Shown one piece after another: positions 11,451 through 23,918 of a stretch of 64,000 nucleotides of DNA (within the stretch, counting starts at the first letter, position 1; each line of letters opens with the position of its first letter). The position numbers and the translations under genes are program-made. The notes under the pieces are model-generated. The model did no database searches. It was not told the DNA's origin and saw only the letters and a list, made by a program, of their open reading frames with translations. Origin of the DNA: Chiloscyllium plagiosum (taxonomy: Eukaryota); the NCBI RefSeq assembly GCF_004010195.1, contig NC_057760.1, forward strand, positions 2,566,709 to 2,630,708, read 5' to 3'.

Positions 11451-11842
11451 ATGAATGTTCTGGGACCAGTTTTCCTGGATTTGGTAGGTTTGCCTGAACC
11501 TCGTGAATGGGTTGTTCTCACCAAATCTGACTGCTGTTGGGCAGTAGAGAAAATAAATGCTAGTTGTGAACATCAAATAAAGAGTATTAAGGCTACTCGG
11601 ATCAGACAAATCTGGAGAGGAAGAAATAAGAGTTCAGGCTGAATCTGATATAAATGTTCAGAATTTCTCTTCAGGTGTGAGTCAAATTCAGACACTGATA
11701 TTTGAATTTGGTGTATTACTATGTGACAGCATGTCTTGTCTGGACCATAAAACTGCATGTTTCTGTTTGTGAGAGACTGCACTTTATTGCATATAATTAA
11801 GAAAAAGAGGAAGATTTGTGCTGAAGTGAGTATGCACTCTGT

Positions 11843-12890
11843 TAGACAATAGACAATAGGTGCAGGAGTAGGCCATTCTGTCTTTCGAGCCTGTACCACC
11901 ATTCAATATGATCATGTCTGATCATCCTTAATCAGTATCCTGTTCCTGCCTTCTCTCCAGAATCCTTGATTCCACTATCTTTGAGAGTTCTATCCAACTC
12001 TTTCTTAAATGAATCCAGAGACTGGGTCTCCACTGCCCTTGGGGGCAGAGCATTCCACACAGCCACCACTCTCTGGGTGAAGAAGTTTCTCCTCAACTCT
12101 GTTCTATCGTGAACCTACGCTGCACTCTCTCAATAGCCAGAATGTCTTTCCTCAAATTTGGAGACCAGAACTGCACACAATATTCCAGGTGTGGTCTCAC
12201 CAGGGCCCTGTACAGCTGCAGAAGAACCTCTTTGCTTCTATACTCAATCCCTCTTGTTATGAAGGCCAGCGTACTATTAGCTTTTTTCACTACCTGCTGT
12301 ACCTGCATGCTTACCTTCATTGACTGGTGTACAAGAACACCCAGATCTCTTCGTACTGCCCCTTGACCTAAATTGATTCCATTTAGATCGTAATCTGCCT
12401 TCCTGTTCTTGCCCCCAAAGTGGATAACCATACATTTATCCACATTAAACTGCATCTGCCATGCATCTGACCACTCATCTAACCTGTCCAGGTCACCCTG
12501 TAATCTCCTAACATCCTCCTCACATTTCACCCTGCCACCCAGCTTAGTATCATCAGCAAATTTGCTAATGTTATTAATAATACCATCTTCTATTTCATTA
12601 ACATAAATTGTAAAAAGCTGCGGTCCAAGCACTGATCCCTGCGGTACCCCACGAGTCACTGCCTGCCATTCCGAAATGGAGCCGTTTATCACTATTCTTT
12701 GTTTCCTATCAGCCAACCAACTTTCGATCCAAGTTAGTACTTTGCCCCCAATGCCATGCGCCCTAATTTTGCTCACTAACCTCCTATGTGGGACTTTATC
12801 TAAAGCTTTATGAAAGTCTAGGTACACTACATCTACTGGATTTCCCTCGTCCATCTTCAGAGTTACATCCTCAAAAAATTCCAGAAGAAT
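11843..12890 (-). mobile_element. Relatively young CR1 RT fragment (253-aa open frame) with internal deletion near the 3' end
   Basis: ORF 12093-12854: VVYLDFHKALDKVPH..GVPQGSVLGPQLF..SKFADDTKL. Confidence 0.95.
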
Positions 12891-13019
12891 TTGTTCCTGT
12901 TGTCAGGAATCATCTTTGTTCTTACCCAGTCCTCTGTTTGATGCAGAAGTAATTCTATAGAAAATGAGAAGGGGGGGGGGTTGAAGGGAAGAGGAGGAAT
13001 AAGGGTAGAAGTGCTACAC

Positions 13020-13320
13020 ATTTCACTCCCTTGTCAGCCTTCGACATGGACTGCTACCTCTGGGACACTGGCCCATTTCTCCTCCACTCCCAACATCTCC
13101 CCAATGCCCACAGCACCTTCCCATGTAATTGCAGAAGGTGTAAGACCTGCCTGCTTGCCTACTTCCTCCCTCATTATCCAAGGCCCCAGATACACCTTCC
13201 AGGTAAAGAAGCAATTTACCTGCACTTCATTCAGTCTAATCTAATCTAATCTGCATTTGCTACTCACAATATCTCCTCTACGTTGTGAGACAAAATGCAG
13301 AGTGGGTGACTGCTTTTTGG
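13020..13320 (+). mobile_element. Penelope-like element fragment (region leading into GIY-YIG)
   Basis: STFPCNCRRCKTC and IQGPRYTFQVKKQFTCTS segments, similar to 35390-35530. Confidence 0.7.
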
Positions 13321-13636
13321 AAATGGATGAATATTCTTCCCCTGTATTTTGATAACTGAAACAGGTTGAACGAGAGATTCTTGGCGTAACTCCAGCCTCC
13401 ACTTTATCAGGCAATGGGTTCCTTCAGATGGCCTTCCTCTAAATCATATGATTGGTTCAGAACATTTATCAAGACTTGTTTTGATTTTATAACTTGATCA
13501 ACAAGCCATAAAAACTAATGAAGCAGAAAGGGGTTTGTGATGTGACTTTTCTTATTATCTTGAAGAAATTCTTCTTAATCTTGGTGAATGATTTTATGCA
13601 TCAGGAGGGTCTTGAATTGGAGTAAGTTGGATAGGC

Positions 13637-14995
13637 AAAAGTGAGGACTGCAGATGCTGGCAGTCAGAGTCTAGAATAGAGTAGCACTGGAAAAGCACAG
13701 CCGGTCTGGCAGCATCCGAGGAGCAGGAACCCTTCTTCAGGACTGAAGGCAGGGAGCCTCCAGGGTGTAGAGATAAATGGAAGGGGTATGGGGCTGGGGA
13801 GAAGGTAACTAAGAGTACAATAGGTGGAAGGGGGTGGGGATGAAGGCAATNNNNNNNNNNNNNNNNNNNNNNNNNNNNNNNNNNNNNNNNNNNNNNNNNN
13901 NNNNNNNNNNNNNNNNNNNNNNNNNNNNNNNNNNNNNNNNNNNNNNNNNNNNNNNNNNNNNNNNNNNNNNNNNNNNNNNNNNNNNNNNNNNNNNNNNNNN
14001 NNNNNNNNNNNNNNNNNNNNNNNNNNNNNNNNNNNNNNNNNNNNNNNNNNNNNNNNNNNNNNNNNNNNNNNNNNNNNNNNNNNNNNNNNNNNNNNNNNNN
14101 NNNNNNNNNNNNNNNNNNNNNNNNNNNNNNNNNNNNNNNNNNNNNNNNNNNNNNNNNNNNNNNNNNNNNNNNNNNNNNNNNNNNNNNNNNNNNNNNNNNN
14201 NNNNNNNNNNNNNNNNNNNNNNNNNNNNNNNNNNNNNNNNNNNNNNNNNNNNNNNNNNNNNNNNNNNNNNNNNNNNNNNNNNNNNNNNNNNNNNNNNNNN
14301 NNNNNNNNNNNNNNNNNNNNNNNNNNNNNNNNNNNNNNNNNNNNNNNNNNNNNNNNNNNNNNNNNNNNNNNNNNNNNNNNNNNNNNNNNNNNNNNNNNNN
14401 NNNNNNNNNNNNNNNNNNNNNNNNGGGTCCGGGGGGGAGGGGTGGGGTTTGAGAGCGGAGGTGTGGGATATGGATGAGATGCGTTGGAGGGCATCTTCAA
14501 CCACGTGAGAAGGGAAATTGCGGTCTTAAAAGGAGGAGGCCATCTGGTGTGTTCTATGGTGGAACTCGTCCTCCTGGGAGGTGATGCGGCAGAGACTGAC
14601 GAATTGGGAATGTGGGATAGCATTTTTGCAGGAGGCAGGGTGGGAAGAGGTGTAATCCAGGTAGCTGTGGGAGTCAGTGGGTTTGTAAAAAGAAATGTCA
14701 GCGTCAAGTCAGTCGTCATTGACGGAGGTGTCAGAGATGGTCCAGGTGAATTTAAGGTTGGGGTGGAATGTGTTGGTGAAGTTGATGAACTGCCGAACCT
14801 CCTCGTGGGAGCACGAGGTGGCGCTGAAGCAGTCATCAATGTAGCAGAGGAAGAGGTGGGGAGTGGTGCTGGCGTAACTACGGAAGATGGACTGTTCTTC
14901 ATAGCCGACAAAGAGACTGGCATAGCTGGTGCCCACGGTTACCCCTTTGGTCTGGAGGAAGTGGGTGGATTCGAAGGAGAAATTGTTAAGGGTGA
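13637..14995 (-). mobile_element. Penelope-like element (RT fragment to 3' terminal repeat) spanning the assembly gap
   Basis: LTLNNFSFESTHFLQTKGV...FLCYIDDCF...FTNTFHPNLKFTWTIS Penelope-type RT; 3' end at 13637-13850 homologous to 35700-35908. Confidence 0.85.
13851..14424. other. Assembly gap (574 N)
   Basis: Run of N. Confidence 1.
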
Positions 14996-16184
14996 GTGGA
15001 TAGTGTGTTGGCTCCAGCAATAAGTTGCTGCATTCCAAATGAGAGATCCTATGTAACATCACTGACTTCTGTGGCACTTGGAATTAAATGGTTTGATGGT
15101 TATTGGCACATCAGATGTGCCATATGGTGTAATGCTGTTCCACCTGTGGGTGCCTGGGGATGGAGATTGGTAATCACTTAATATGCAGCTTCTTTTAGTG
15201 GCAGACCATTCTATCGTCATGAACAAAACAATGTGGTGAGGAAGGTAATGAATTGAGTACAGTGTATTCTGTGAAATGTATATTAAATTCCTTTGTATTA
15301 ACTCTTGGAACCTGTCCTTCATAGCGCTGCCAGGTTTTAGGGAGTTATTTTAATTTGGTCTGAGGATTTTAGATATTCAGAAAAGCCAGACTTCCAAAAA
15401 TTTATGCATAGGCACTTTCAATGATCAATGTTGCATTTTTGTGGCTCCAGCAATTTCTACAGGGGCCTCTTGGCCATCATTCGTTTTGTATGAGGTTTGT
15501 TTTTGAGCTGCATTACTCAGTTTTATGTTGGTGTGGCAAAGGGTGATAGGAAACTATAAATTGGGTGCTATTGATCGGGGCTGTCTTAACTAGGTTGGAT
15601 TTTCTCACTGGCTGAGGATTGCTTGATTTTCTTTCATTTATGTTTTAAGGTTTTTTTTAAAAATGTTGTTAATGTGTTTTTGATACTCTACATGTCAGTC
15701 TGATTAGATTCATTCAGGGGTTCTCAATGTAGCAGTGTTGATCTTGTGCTATTTTAAATTACTCTGGGGTGTCTGCTTTTAATTAAGAGAATAATGGAAA
15801 AGGCTTGGATTGTTGTGAAACATGTAATTGAGTTTCTCAACTGGAGTGCTCTATGTGCAGAATCAGTGGTTGAAAAGGAGATGAGATGTTCAACTGATGT
15901 GGAAGCTGTTGCAGATATGGTAGTGATCCTTAAGCTATTGGGCATAAGTGGCATCATAACTGACTGACCTCCTTAAACAGGGATCCATTACCCACTTGGA
16001 AATTTTTTCAATAAATGTTATATTTTGTCATAAAGTCTGTTGTGCTGTATGATAAAAGTCTGAATTAACTGCAGTGGATTCTGCTGTTTTAATAAATTTG
16101 ATATTTATTTGTAATGCTCACACAGTCATTTGGGTCACAAATGCAGTAGTCCATTATAAAAGCACTTGGAAGACTATGACAGGA

Positions 16185-17822
16185 TCAGACAGCATGATTT
16201 ACAAAATGGAAATTATGCTTGGGAAATTATGCTTGACAAATATATACGAGTTTTTTGAGGATGTAACTATTAGATTTGATATGGGGGAGCCAGTGAATAT
16301 GGATAACTTGTACTTTCAGAAAGCTTTTGATAAATTCCCACATTAGAAATTATCATGTAACACTAAAGGACAGTGTGTACTAACATGGTTAAGGAACTAG
16401 TTGGCAGACAGGTAACAGAAGGATTAAACAGATCTCTTTCTCAGTGGCAGACTGTGCCTAGTGAAGATCATTGCATAGACCCCAGCTATTCACTATATAC
16501 CTGTGCATATTAATGATTTAGGTGAGGAAGCAATATGTAACTGGTCCAAGTTTGCAGATGACATAAAGCTGGGTGGGAGACTGAGCTGGGAGGAGGATGT
16601 AGAGATGCTTCTGTGTGATTTGGAATAAGATAAGTAAATTGGCAAATGTGTAGCAGGTTAAAGTATGATGTCAGGAAATGTGAAGGTATCCACTTTCGGT
16701 ATCAAAAACAGGAGGATAGATTGGGAGGTGCAATGAAACTTGGGTATCCGCATACATTAATTGCTGAAAGTAAGTATACAGGTGTTGTAGGTGGTGAAGA
16801 AAACAAATGGTATTTTGACCTTTGTAGCAAGGGGTTTCAAGTACAGAAGCAAGAATGCCTTGGTGCAAATGTACGAAGTTAAAAATCAGACAACAGGTTA
16901 TCGTCCAATAGGAGTGCTGCTCCTTTAGGTAGCTAGTGGGGCAGGATCATAGGACACAGAATTTTTAGCAAAAGATCAAAGTGCCATGCAGCTGATGCGA
17001 CGTATTGAACAAACATAGATTAAATTGCCCGTAGTGTTAGCTGCAGGGGTAAACAGGGGAATGGGTCTGGGAGGGTGCGCTTCGGCGGGTCGGTGTGACT
17101 TATTGGGCCGAAGGGCATGTTTCCACACTGTAAGTAATCTAAATTGTAATCTAAAGACTTAACAGCGGTCTAGGTTTGTTCAATCCATTGCATCAGTTGT
17201 ATGACACTTTGATATTTTGCTAAAGATTCTGTGTCCTATGATCCTGCCCCACTTGCTATCTGTTGAAAGAACAGCAGTCCGAAAGCTTGTACTTCAAATA
17301 AACCTGTTTGACTTTAACCTGGTGTTTGATTTTTAACTTTGTCCTCCCCAGTCCAACACCAGCACCTCTATATCAGGGCAATTGTACAAGGCCTGGGTGA
17401 GATCATGTCTGGAGTATTGTGTGTAGTTTCGGTCTTGTGCTATTGTCACTGGAGTTAAAGAATGAGGGTTTTCATAGAAACCTCTAAAATTCCAACAGGA
17501 TTAGACACAGTAAAGCTAGGAAGAATGTTCCCAATGACCAGGAGTCTCAAACAATGGGTCACAGTCTAAGGAAATGGGGTAAGCCATTTAGGACTGAGAT
17601 GAGGAGAAATTTCTTCATGTAGAAAGTGGTGAGCATGTGGAATTCTCAGCTACAGAAAGTTGTTGAGGTCAAAACATTGAATGTTTTCAAGAAGGAGTTG
17701 GTATAGTCCTTGGGATTAAAGATATTTGAGGATTTGGGAGAAAGTCAGAACAAACTGTATGGTCATGTTGAATGGTGGAGTAGACTCAAAAGGACTGAAT
17801 GGCACACTCTTTTCTATGTTTC
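16185..17822 (+). mobile_element. Old CR1 RT-to-3' fragment interrupted by a fold-back element
   Basis: CLTNIYEFFEDVT..FQKAFDKFPH; SKFADDIKLGG; coding remnant resumes after 17387. Confidence 0.85.
16875..17377. mobile_element. Fold-back Penelope-related element with an HE1 3' fragment (17021-17154) in its loop
   Basis: 27/27 inverted match 16936-16962 vs 17226-17252; TSD GCAA(A/T)TGTAC at 16865-16874 and 17378-17387. Confidence 0.8.
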
Positions 17823-18809
17823 TAGTACAGGCTATTGAATCAGTTAGGATATGTTCTTGTGCTGTTGGGCCGGGCACTTCCTTGCTGGCAGCTGTTACTG
17901 GTTTCTATGGAGTTGGTCTTTTTCTTTTACACATTAGCTGAAAGCTATCATTTCTCTCTAACACTTAGTGATGTTTTACTGTGTTCATAGAAAATGTGTT
18001 AAGGACTCTGAGAATAATACCTCCTGGTTGACCCCTCTCAAACGCTACTGGGCAATTATATTGTGGAGTTGTGGAGGACTAGTGTATATAGCCCATTGAG
18101 TTGGATGCAGCTATTTCATTTCAAACAAACCTTCATTTTTCAAGGCCTTTACAGTAAAAGATGCAGGGTCTTTTGCAAGGTCATAGCACAATGTCTCATC
18201 ATTCTTGTTTCCCAAGCTTATCTAAGTATTGGTTTATTATGCCATCTTAAGAAATGTGATGAACAGTAGTACTTCAATTTTTTGGGTTGGTCTGTATTCA
18301 TTTTATTACATTGCCCTCATTGCCAGTTGAATTCTTTTAATTTTTCAGGTTATGCTGTTTAGAATGCTTATTTCAAATATGTTCTGTTCAGAACCAAGAC
18401 TCTGAATTCAGCTTTTGAATGCTAGGGCTATTCATGTTCTTCTGACATTTTCCCCCTTTGCTATTTTGCTAGGTGTTAATGTATTTTGTTAGAATAGGAA
18501 GAATTAAAGATGTGAATTAAGCAATTGACATGTATCAGAGAGGGGACATTCTTCCCTGAACTGTGGAATGGGTTTGTCCATTGTTCAGGTATGTGGATTT
18601 TTTTCAAAGAAGTCAAGGTCGAAGTAAAGGCTATGGACACTATCCTTGAATCAATCTAAAGGCTTTTGGAAGTACATACTTGGAGTGTTAGCCTATAATT
18701 CTTGAGCAGAAACATTTCGTTGTGCTGATTCTGTTTCTTGCAACTCTCATTGTGAGGACCATTTCCCAGTAGCTCCCAGAGACATTAGTTCCCCGGTTGA
18801 ATATGCTGA

Positions 18810-19100
18810 TCCGACAGAGATTTTCTTGCACCTCCACACATGTCATCTACTTTGTCTATTGATTTCGCTGTGGCTTCCTCTACATTGAGGAGACAGGGTG
18901 CCAACTTGCAGAATGTTTCAGAGAGCATCTCGGGGGGACAAACACTAAACAACCCTACCGTCCTATGGCCGAACACTTCAACTTCCCCTCCCACTCCGCC
19001 AAGGACATGCAAGCCCTGGGCTGCCTCCACTGTCAAATTCCAGCCGCCTGATGCCTGGAGGAAGAATGTGTCATCTTCTGCCTTGGGACCCTCCATCAAT
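18810..19100 (+). mobile_element. Penelope-like GIY-YIG remnant
   Basis: Degenerate TCTSTHVIY...CGFLYIEETG segment homologous to 35480-35660. Confidence 0.7.
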
Positions 19101-22100
19101 TACTGTTTCATACGCTGTTGCATTGTTTTGGAACTTTGGAAAAAAAAAGTCAAAACAACAGCAATTTTAAAAGGGAGAAGAACAGATTAAGGTAGCACAT
19201 GGTGAGGTCATTGCAACAGAGAGAGAGAACCTGCACAGTTACTGCCTTTGATATTTGAATTCTTGTATCGCTGGACATCTGAGTGCATCTGGGAAAATTA
19301 TCAAACAGTGAAATTCACAACTGATCTTGGAGGAACTGTTGGGCGAAGTTCACAGCACAGAATCAGATAAGTTAATTGTTGTCTTAAGTGTATCCAACAG
19401 AGAATCTGCAGTAGTGAGTAGAGTAGGTTCTTTCTTGATTGTGTTTTTGGAGATATGTTCCTTGATTAAACTTGAAATATAAGCCATAACTATTTATTTA
19501 ACCTGGGGCAGTGTTTGTAGGGGAATAAGACAGTGTTATTTTCTGAGTCTGTAGATTGTGAAGGAGCAAAAATGGCCTTTAATAGAGTGATGTGTACTTC
19601 TTGTCAGATGTGGGAGTTCAAAGAGAGTTTAAGGATTACTGCGAATTATATCTGCCATAAATGCTGCTGGCTGCGAATCTTATCAGATCGATTGGTTAGA
19701 GAGAATATTAGAAACAATGAGGAATTTGCAACAGCAACAGTATGTGATGAATGGCAGTTATAGGAACGGGGGCAAGTCTCAGAGTCACATAAATGGAGGA
19801 AAGGTAAGAGAGGTAGGCACCTAATGCAGAAATCTTTTGTGGATATACCCATTTCAAACAGGTATGCTTTTTTGGAAAATGTAGGGGGTGATGGATCCTC
19901 AGGGGAACGTAGCACGAACAGCCAAGTTTCTGGTATTGAGACTGGCTCTAATGCAACGAGGGGTACATCGGGTTCCAAGAGATCAATTGTGTTAGGGGAT
20001 TCTCTAGTCCGAGGTACAGACAGACGTTTCTGTGGCCAGCAGAGAAAAAGCAGAACGGTGTGTTGTTTCCCTGGTGCTAGGATCAAGGATGTCTCAGAGA
20101 ACGTGCAGAATGTTCTCACGGGGGAGAGGAGCCAGCAAGAGGTAATTGTCCACATTGGAACCAACGACATAGGAAGGGAAAAGGTTGAGATTCTGAAGGG
20201 AGATTAGAGAGTTATGGTATGTACTTCTTGTCAGATGTGGGAGTTCAAAGAGAGTTTAAGGGTTACTGCGAATTATATCTGCCATAAATGCTGCTGGCTG
20301 CGAATCTTATCAGATCGATTGGTTAGAGAGAATATTAGAAGCAATGAGGAATTTGCAACAGCAACAGTATGTGATGAATGGCAGTTATAGGAACGGGGGC
20401 AAGTCTCAGATAGAGTCACATAAATGGAGGAAAGGTAAGAGAGGTAGGCACCTAGTGCAGGAATCGTTTGTGGATATACCCATTTCAAACAGGTATGCTG
20501 TTTTGGAAAATGTAGGGGGTGATGGATCCTCAGAGGAACGTAGCACGAACAGCCAAGTTTCTGGTATTGAGACTGGCTCTAATGCAACGAGGGGTACATC
20601 GGGTTCCAAGAGATCAATTGTGTTAGGGGATTCTCTAGTCCGAGGTACAGACAGACGTTTCTGTGGCCAGCAGAGAAAAAGCAGAACGGTGTGTTGTTTC
20701 CCTGGTGCCAGGATCAAGGATGTCTCGGAGAAGGTGCAGAATGTTCTCACGGGGGAGAGGAGCCAGCAAGAGATAATTGTCCACATTGGAACCAACGACA
20801 TAGGAAGGGAAAAGGTTGAGATTCTGAAGGGAGATTAGAGAGTTAGGCCGGAATTTAAAATCGAAGTCCTCGAGAATAGTAATATCTGGATTACTCCCAG
20901 TGCTATGAGCTAGTGAGGGCAGGAATAGGAGAATAGAGCAGATGAATGCATGGCTGAGGAGCTGGTGTATGGGAGAAGGATTCACATTTTTGGATCATTG
21001 GAATCTTTTTTGGGGTCGAAGTGACTTGCACAAGAAGGACGATTGCACCTAAATTGGAAGGGAACTAATATACTGGCAGGGAAATTTGCTAGAGCTGCTT
21101 GGGGGGATTTAAACTGTAAGGTTTTGGTGGAGGGGAGAGATAGTGAGGAAAGAGATCAAACTGGGACTGGGATATCATAGCAATTACAGAAACATGGCTC
21201 AAGGATGGGCAGGACTGGCAGCTTAATGTTCCAGGATACAAATCCTACAGGAAGGATAGAAAGGGAGGCAAGGGGGGAGGTGTGGCATTTTTGATAAGGG
21301 ATAGCATTACAGCTGTGCTGAGGGAGGATATTCCCAGAAATACATCCAGGGAGGTTATTTGGGTGGAACTGAGAAATAAGAAATGGATGATAACCTTATT
21401 GGGATTGTACTGTAGACCCCCTAATAGTCATAGAGATGTACAGCATGGAAACCGACCCTTCGGTCCAACCCGTCCATGCTGACCAGATATCCCAACACCA
21501 ACTAGTCCCACCTGCCAGCAACCGGCCCATATCCCTTCCTATTCATATACCCATCCAAATGGCTCTTAAATGTTGCAATTGTTAAAGAAATTGAGGGTTT
21601 GGTTAAGAAAAAGAAGGAAGCATATGGAAGATATAGACAGGATAGATCGAGTGAATCCTTCGACTATAAAGGAAGTAGCAGTATACTTAAGAGGGAAAAC
21701 AGGAGGGCAAAAAGGGGACATGAGATAGCTTTGGCAAATAGAATTAAGGAGAATCTAAAGAGTTTTTACAATACATTATGGACAAAAGGGTAACTAGGGA
21801 GAGAATAGGGCCCCTCAAAGATCAGCAAGGCAGCCTTTGTGTGGAGCCACAGAAAATGGGGGATATACTAAATGAGTATTTTTCATCAGCATTTACTGTG
21901 GAAAAGGATATGGAAGATATAGACTGTAGGGAAATAGATGGTGGCATCTTGCAAAATGTCCAGATTACAGAGGAGGAAGTGCTGGATGTCTTGAAATGCA
22001 TAAAAGCGGATAAATCCCCAGGACTTGATCAGGTGTACCCGAGAACTCTGTGGGAAGCTCGAGAAGTGATTGCTGGGCCTCTTGCTGAGATATTTGTATC

Positions 22101-23345
22101 ATCGATAGTCACAGGTGAGGTGCCGGAAGACTGGAAGTGGGATAACATGGTGCCACCCTTTTTAAAAAGGGTGGTAAGGACAAGCCAGGGAACTATAGAC
22201 CAGTGAGCCTGACGTCGATGGTGGGAAAGTTGTTGGAGGGAATCCTGTGGGACAGGGTGTACGTGTATTTGGAAAGGCAAGGACTGGGATAGTCAACATG
22301 GCTTTGTGTGTGGGAAATCATGTCTCACAAACTTGATTGAGTTTTTTGAAGAAGTAACAAAGAAGATTGACAAGGGCTGGACAGTCGATGTGATCAATAT
22401 GGACTTCAGTAACGCATTCGACAAGGTTCCCCATGGGAGACTGGTTAGCAAGGTTAGATCTCATGGAATACAGGGAGAACTAGCCATTTGGATACAGAAC
22501 TGGCTCAAAGGTAGAAGACAGAGGGTGGTGGTGGAGGATTGTTTTTCAGACTAAAGGCCTGTGACCAGTGGAGCGCCACAAGGATCGATGCTGGGTCCTC
22601 TACTTTTTGTCATTTACATAAATGATTTGGATGCGAGCATAAGAGGTGTTCATAGCTCCTTGAAAGTGGAGTTGCAGGTAGATAGGATAGTGAAGGCGGC
22701 GTTTGGTATGTCTTCCTTTATTGGTCAGAGTATTGAGTACAGGAGTTTGGAGGTCATTTTACGGCTGTACAGGACATTGGTTAAGCCACTGGTTGTACAG
22801 GACATTGGTTGCGTGCAATTCTGGTCTCCTCCTTATCGAAAGGATGTTGTGAAACTTGAAAGGGTTCAGAAAAGATTTACAAGGATGTTGCCAGGGTTGG
22901 AGGATTTGAGCTATAGGGAGAGGCTGACCAGGATGAGACTGTTTTCCCGGGAGCGTCGGAGGCTGAGAGGTGACCTTACAGAGGTTTACAAAATTATGAA
23001 GGGCATGGATAGGGTAAATAGGCTAAGTCTTTTCCCTGGGGTTGGAGAGTCCAGAACTAGAGGGCGTAGGTTTAGGGTGAGAGGGGAAAGAAATAAAAGA
23101 TACCTAAGGGGCATCCTTTTCACTGAGAGGGTGGTACATGTATGGAATGAGCTGCCAGAGGATGTGGTGGAGGCTGGTACAATTGCAACATTTCAGAGCC
23201 ATCTGGATGGGTATATGAATAGGAAGGGTTTGGAGGGATATGGGCTGGGTGCTGGCAGGTGGGACTAAATTGGGTTGGGATATCTGGCCGGCATGGACGG
23301 GTTGGACTGAAGGGTCTGTTTCTATGCTGTACATCTCTGACTCTA
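19101..23345 (+). mobile_element. Near full-length but dead CR1 LINE: 5' UTR, ORF1 (Cys motif plus SGNH esterase, duplicated), partial APE endonuclease, RT, 3' tail
   Basis: [85 protein letters not shown]; the catalytic FADD segment is deleted (INDLDASIR|GVHSSLKV). Confidence 0.92.
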
Positions 23346-23717
23346 AACAGAATTAAAATGTTGTACTAGTATCTTCTGAATTAAAATACAGTAATTTCAA
23401 TGTCAAAAGCCCTATATTGGTAAGTGATATAACTGTTAGATTGTATTTTTATATGTTAAAATATAATCTTCAACTTTCAGTAGTGTCTATTAGGGGCCTG
23501 CCAGTTGCTGTGTCCGGTCACTGTTGGGGCAGTGGCAGCCTCTTGGGGAATGCTGTTGGATTGTGGCTAGGGTAAGTGGTGGCTCTTGAAAGCTTCCTGG
23601 GGCCTGTAGGTGGGATCGCCCTGGTGCAGACCTTGGGTAGTGTTGTGTGGAACAGGGAGAAGCTGCAAGTCTGAGAAAGGGAAAAGGTCACAGAAATGAA
23701 GTAATTCAGATCAGGTA

Positions 23718-23918
23718 AAAGTCAAGACGTCACACAACAGCAGGTTATAGTCTAGCAGGTTTATTTGAAATCACAAGCTTTTGCAGCATAGCTCCTTTGT
23801 TCGGTGAAGTCTTACAGCCCCTTCGTCAGGTGAAGGGGCTATGCTCCATAGACATGCGATTTCTATGTGTGTTGTGTGTGACTTCTGACTTTGCCCATCC
23901 CAGTCCAACACAGGCACC
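23718..23918. mobile_element. Degenerate fold-back element of the same family as 29087-29206
   Basis: AAAGTCAAGACGTCACACAAC / GTTGTGTGTGACTTCTGACTTT inverted arms; ends CCAGTCCAACACAGGCACC. Confidence 0.65.

Noticed and set aside
12093..12854. Domesticated reverse transcriptase gene
   Set aside because: A 5'-truncated CR1 fragment with an internal deletion; the open frame is explained by young age
13664..14923. Long ORFs of 217-419 aa
   Set aside because: Artefacts of reading through the N gap; the flanks are Penelope sequence
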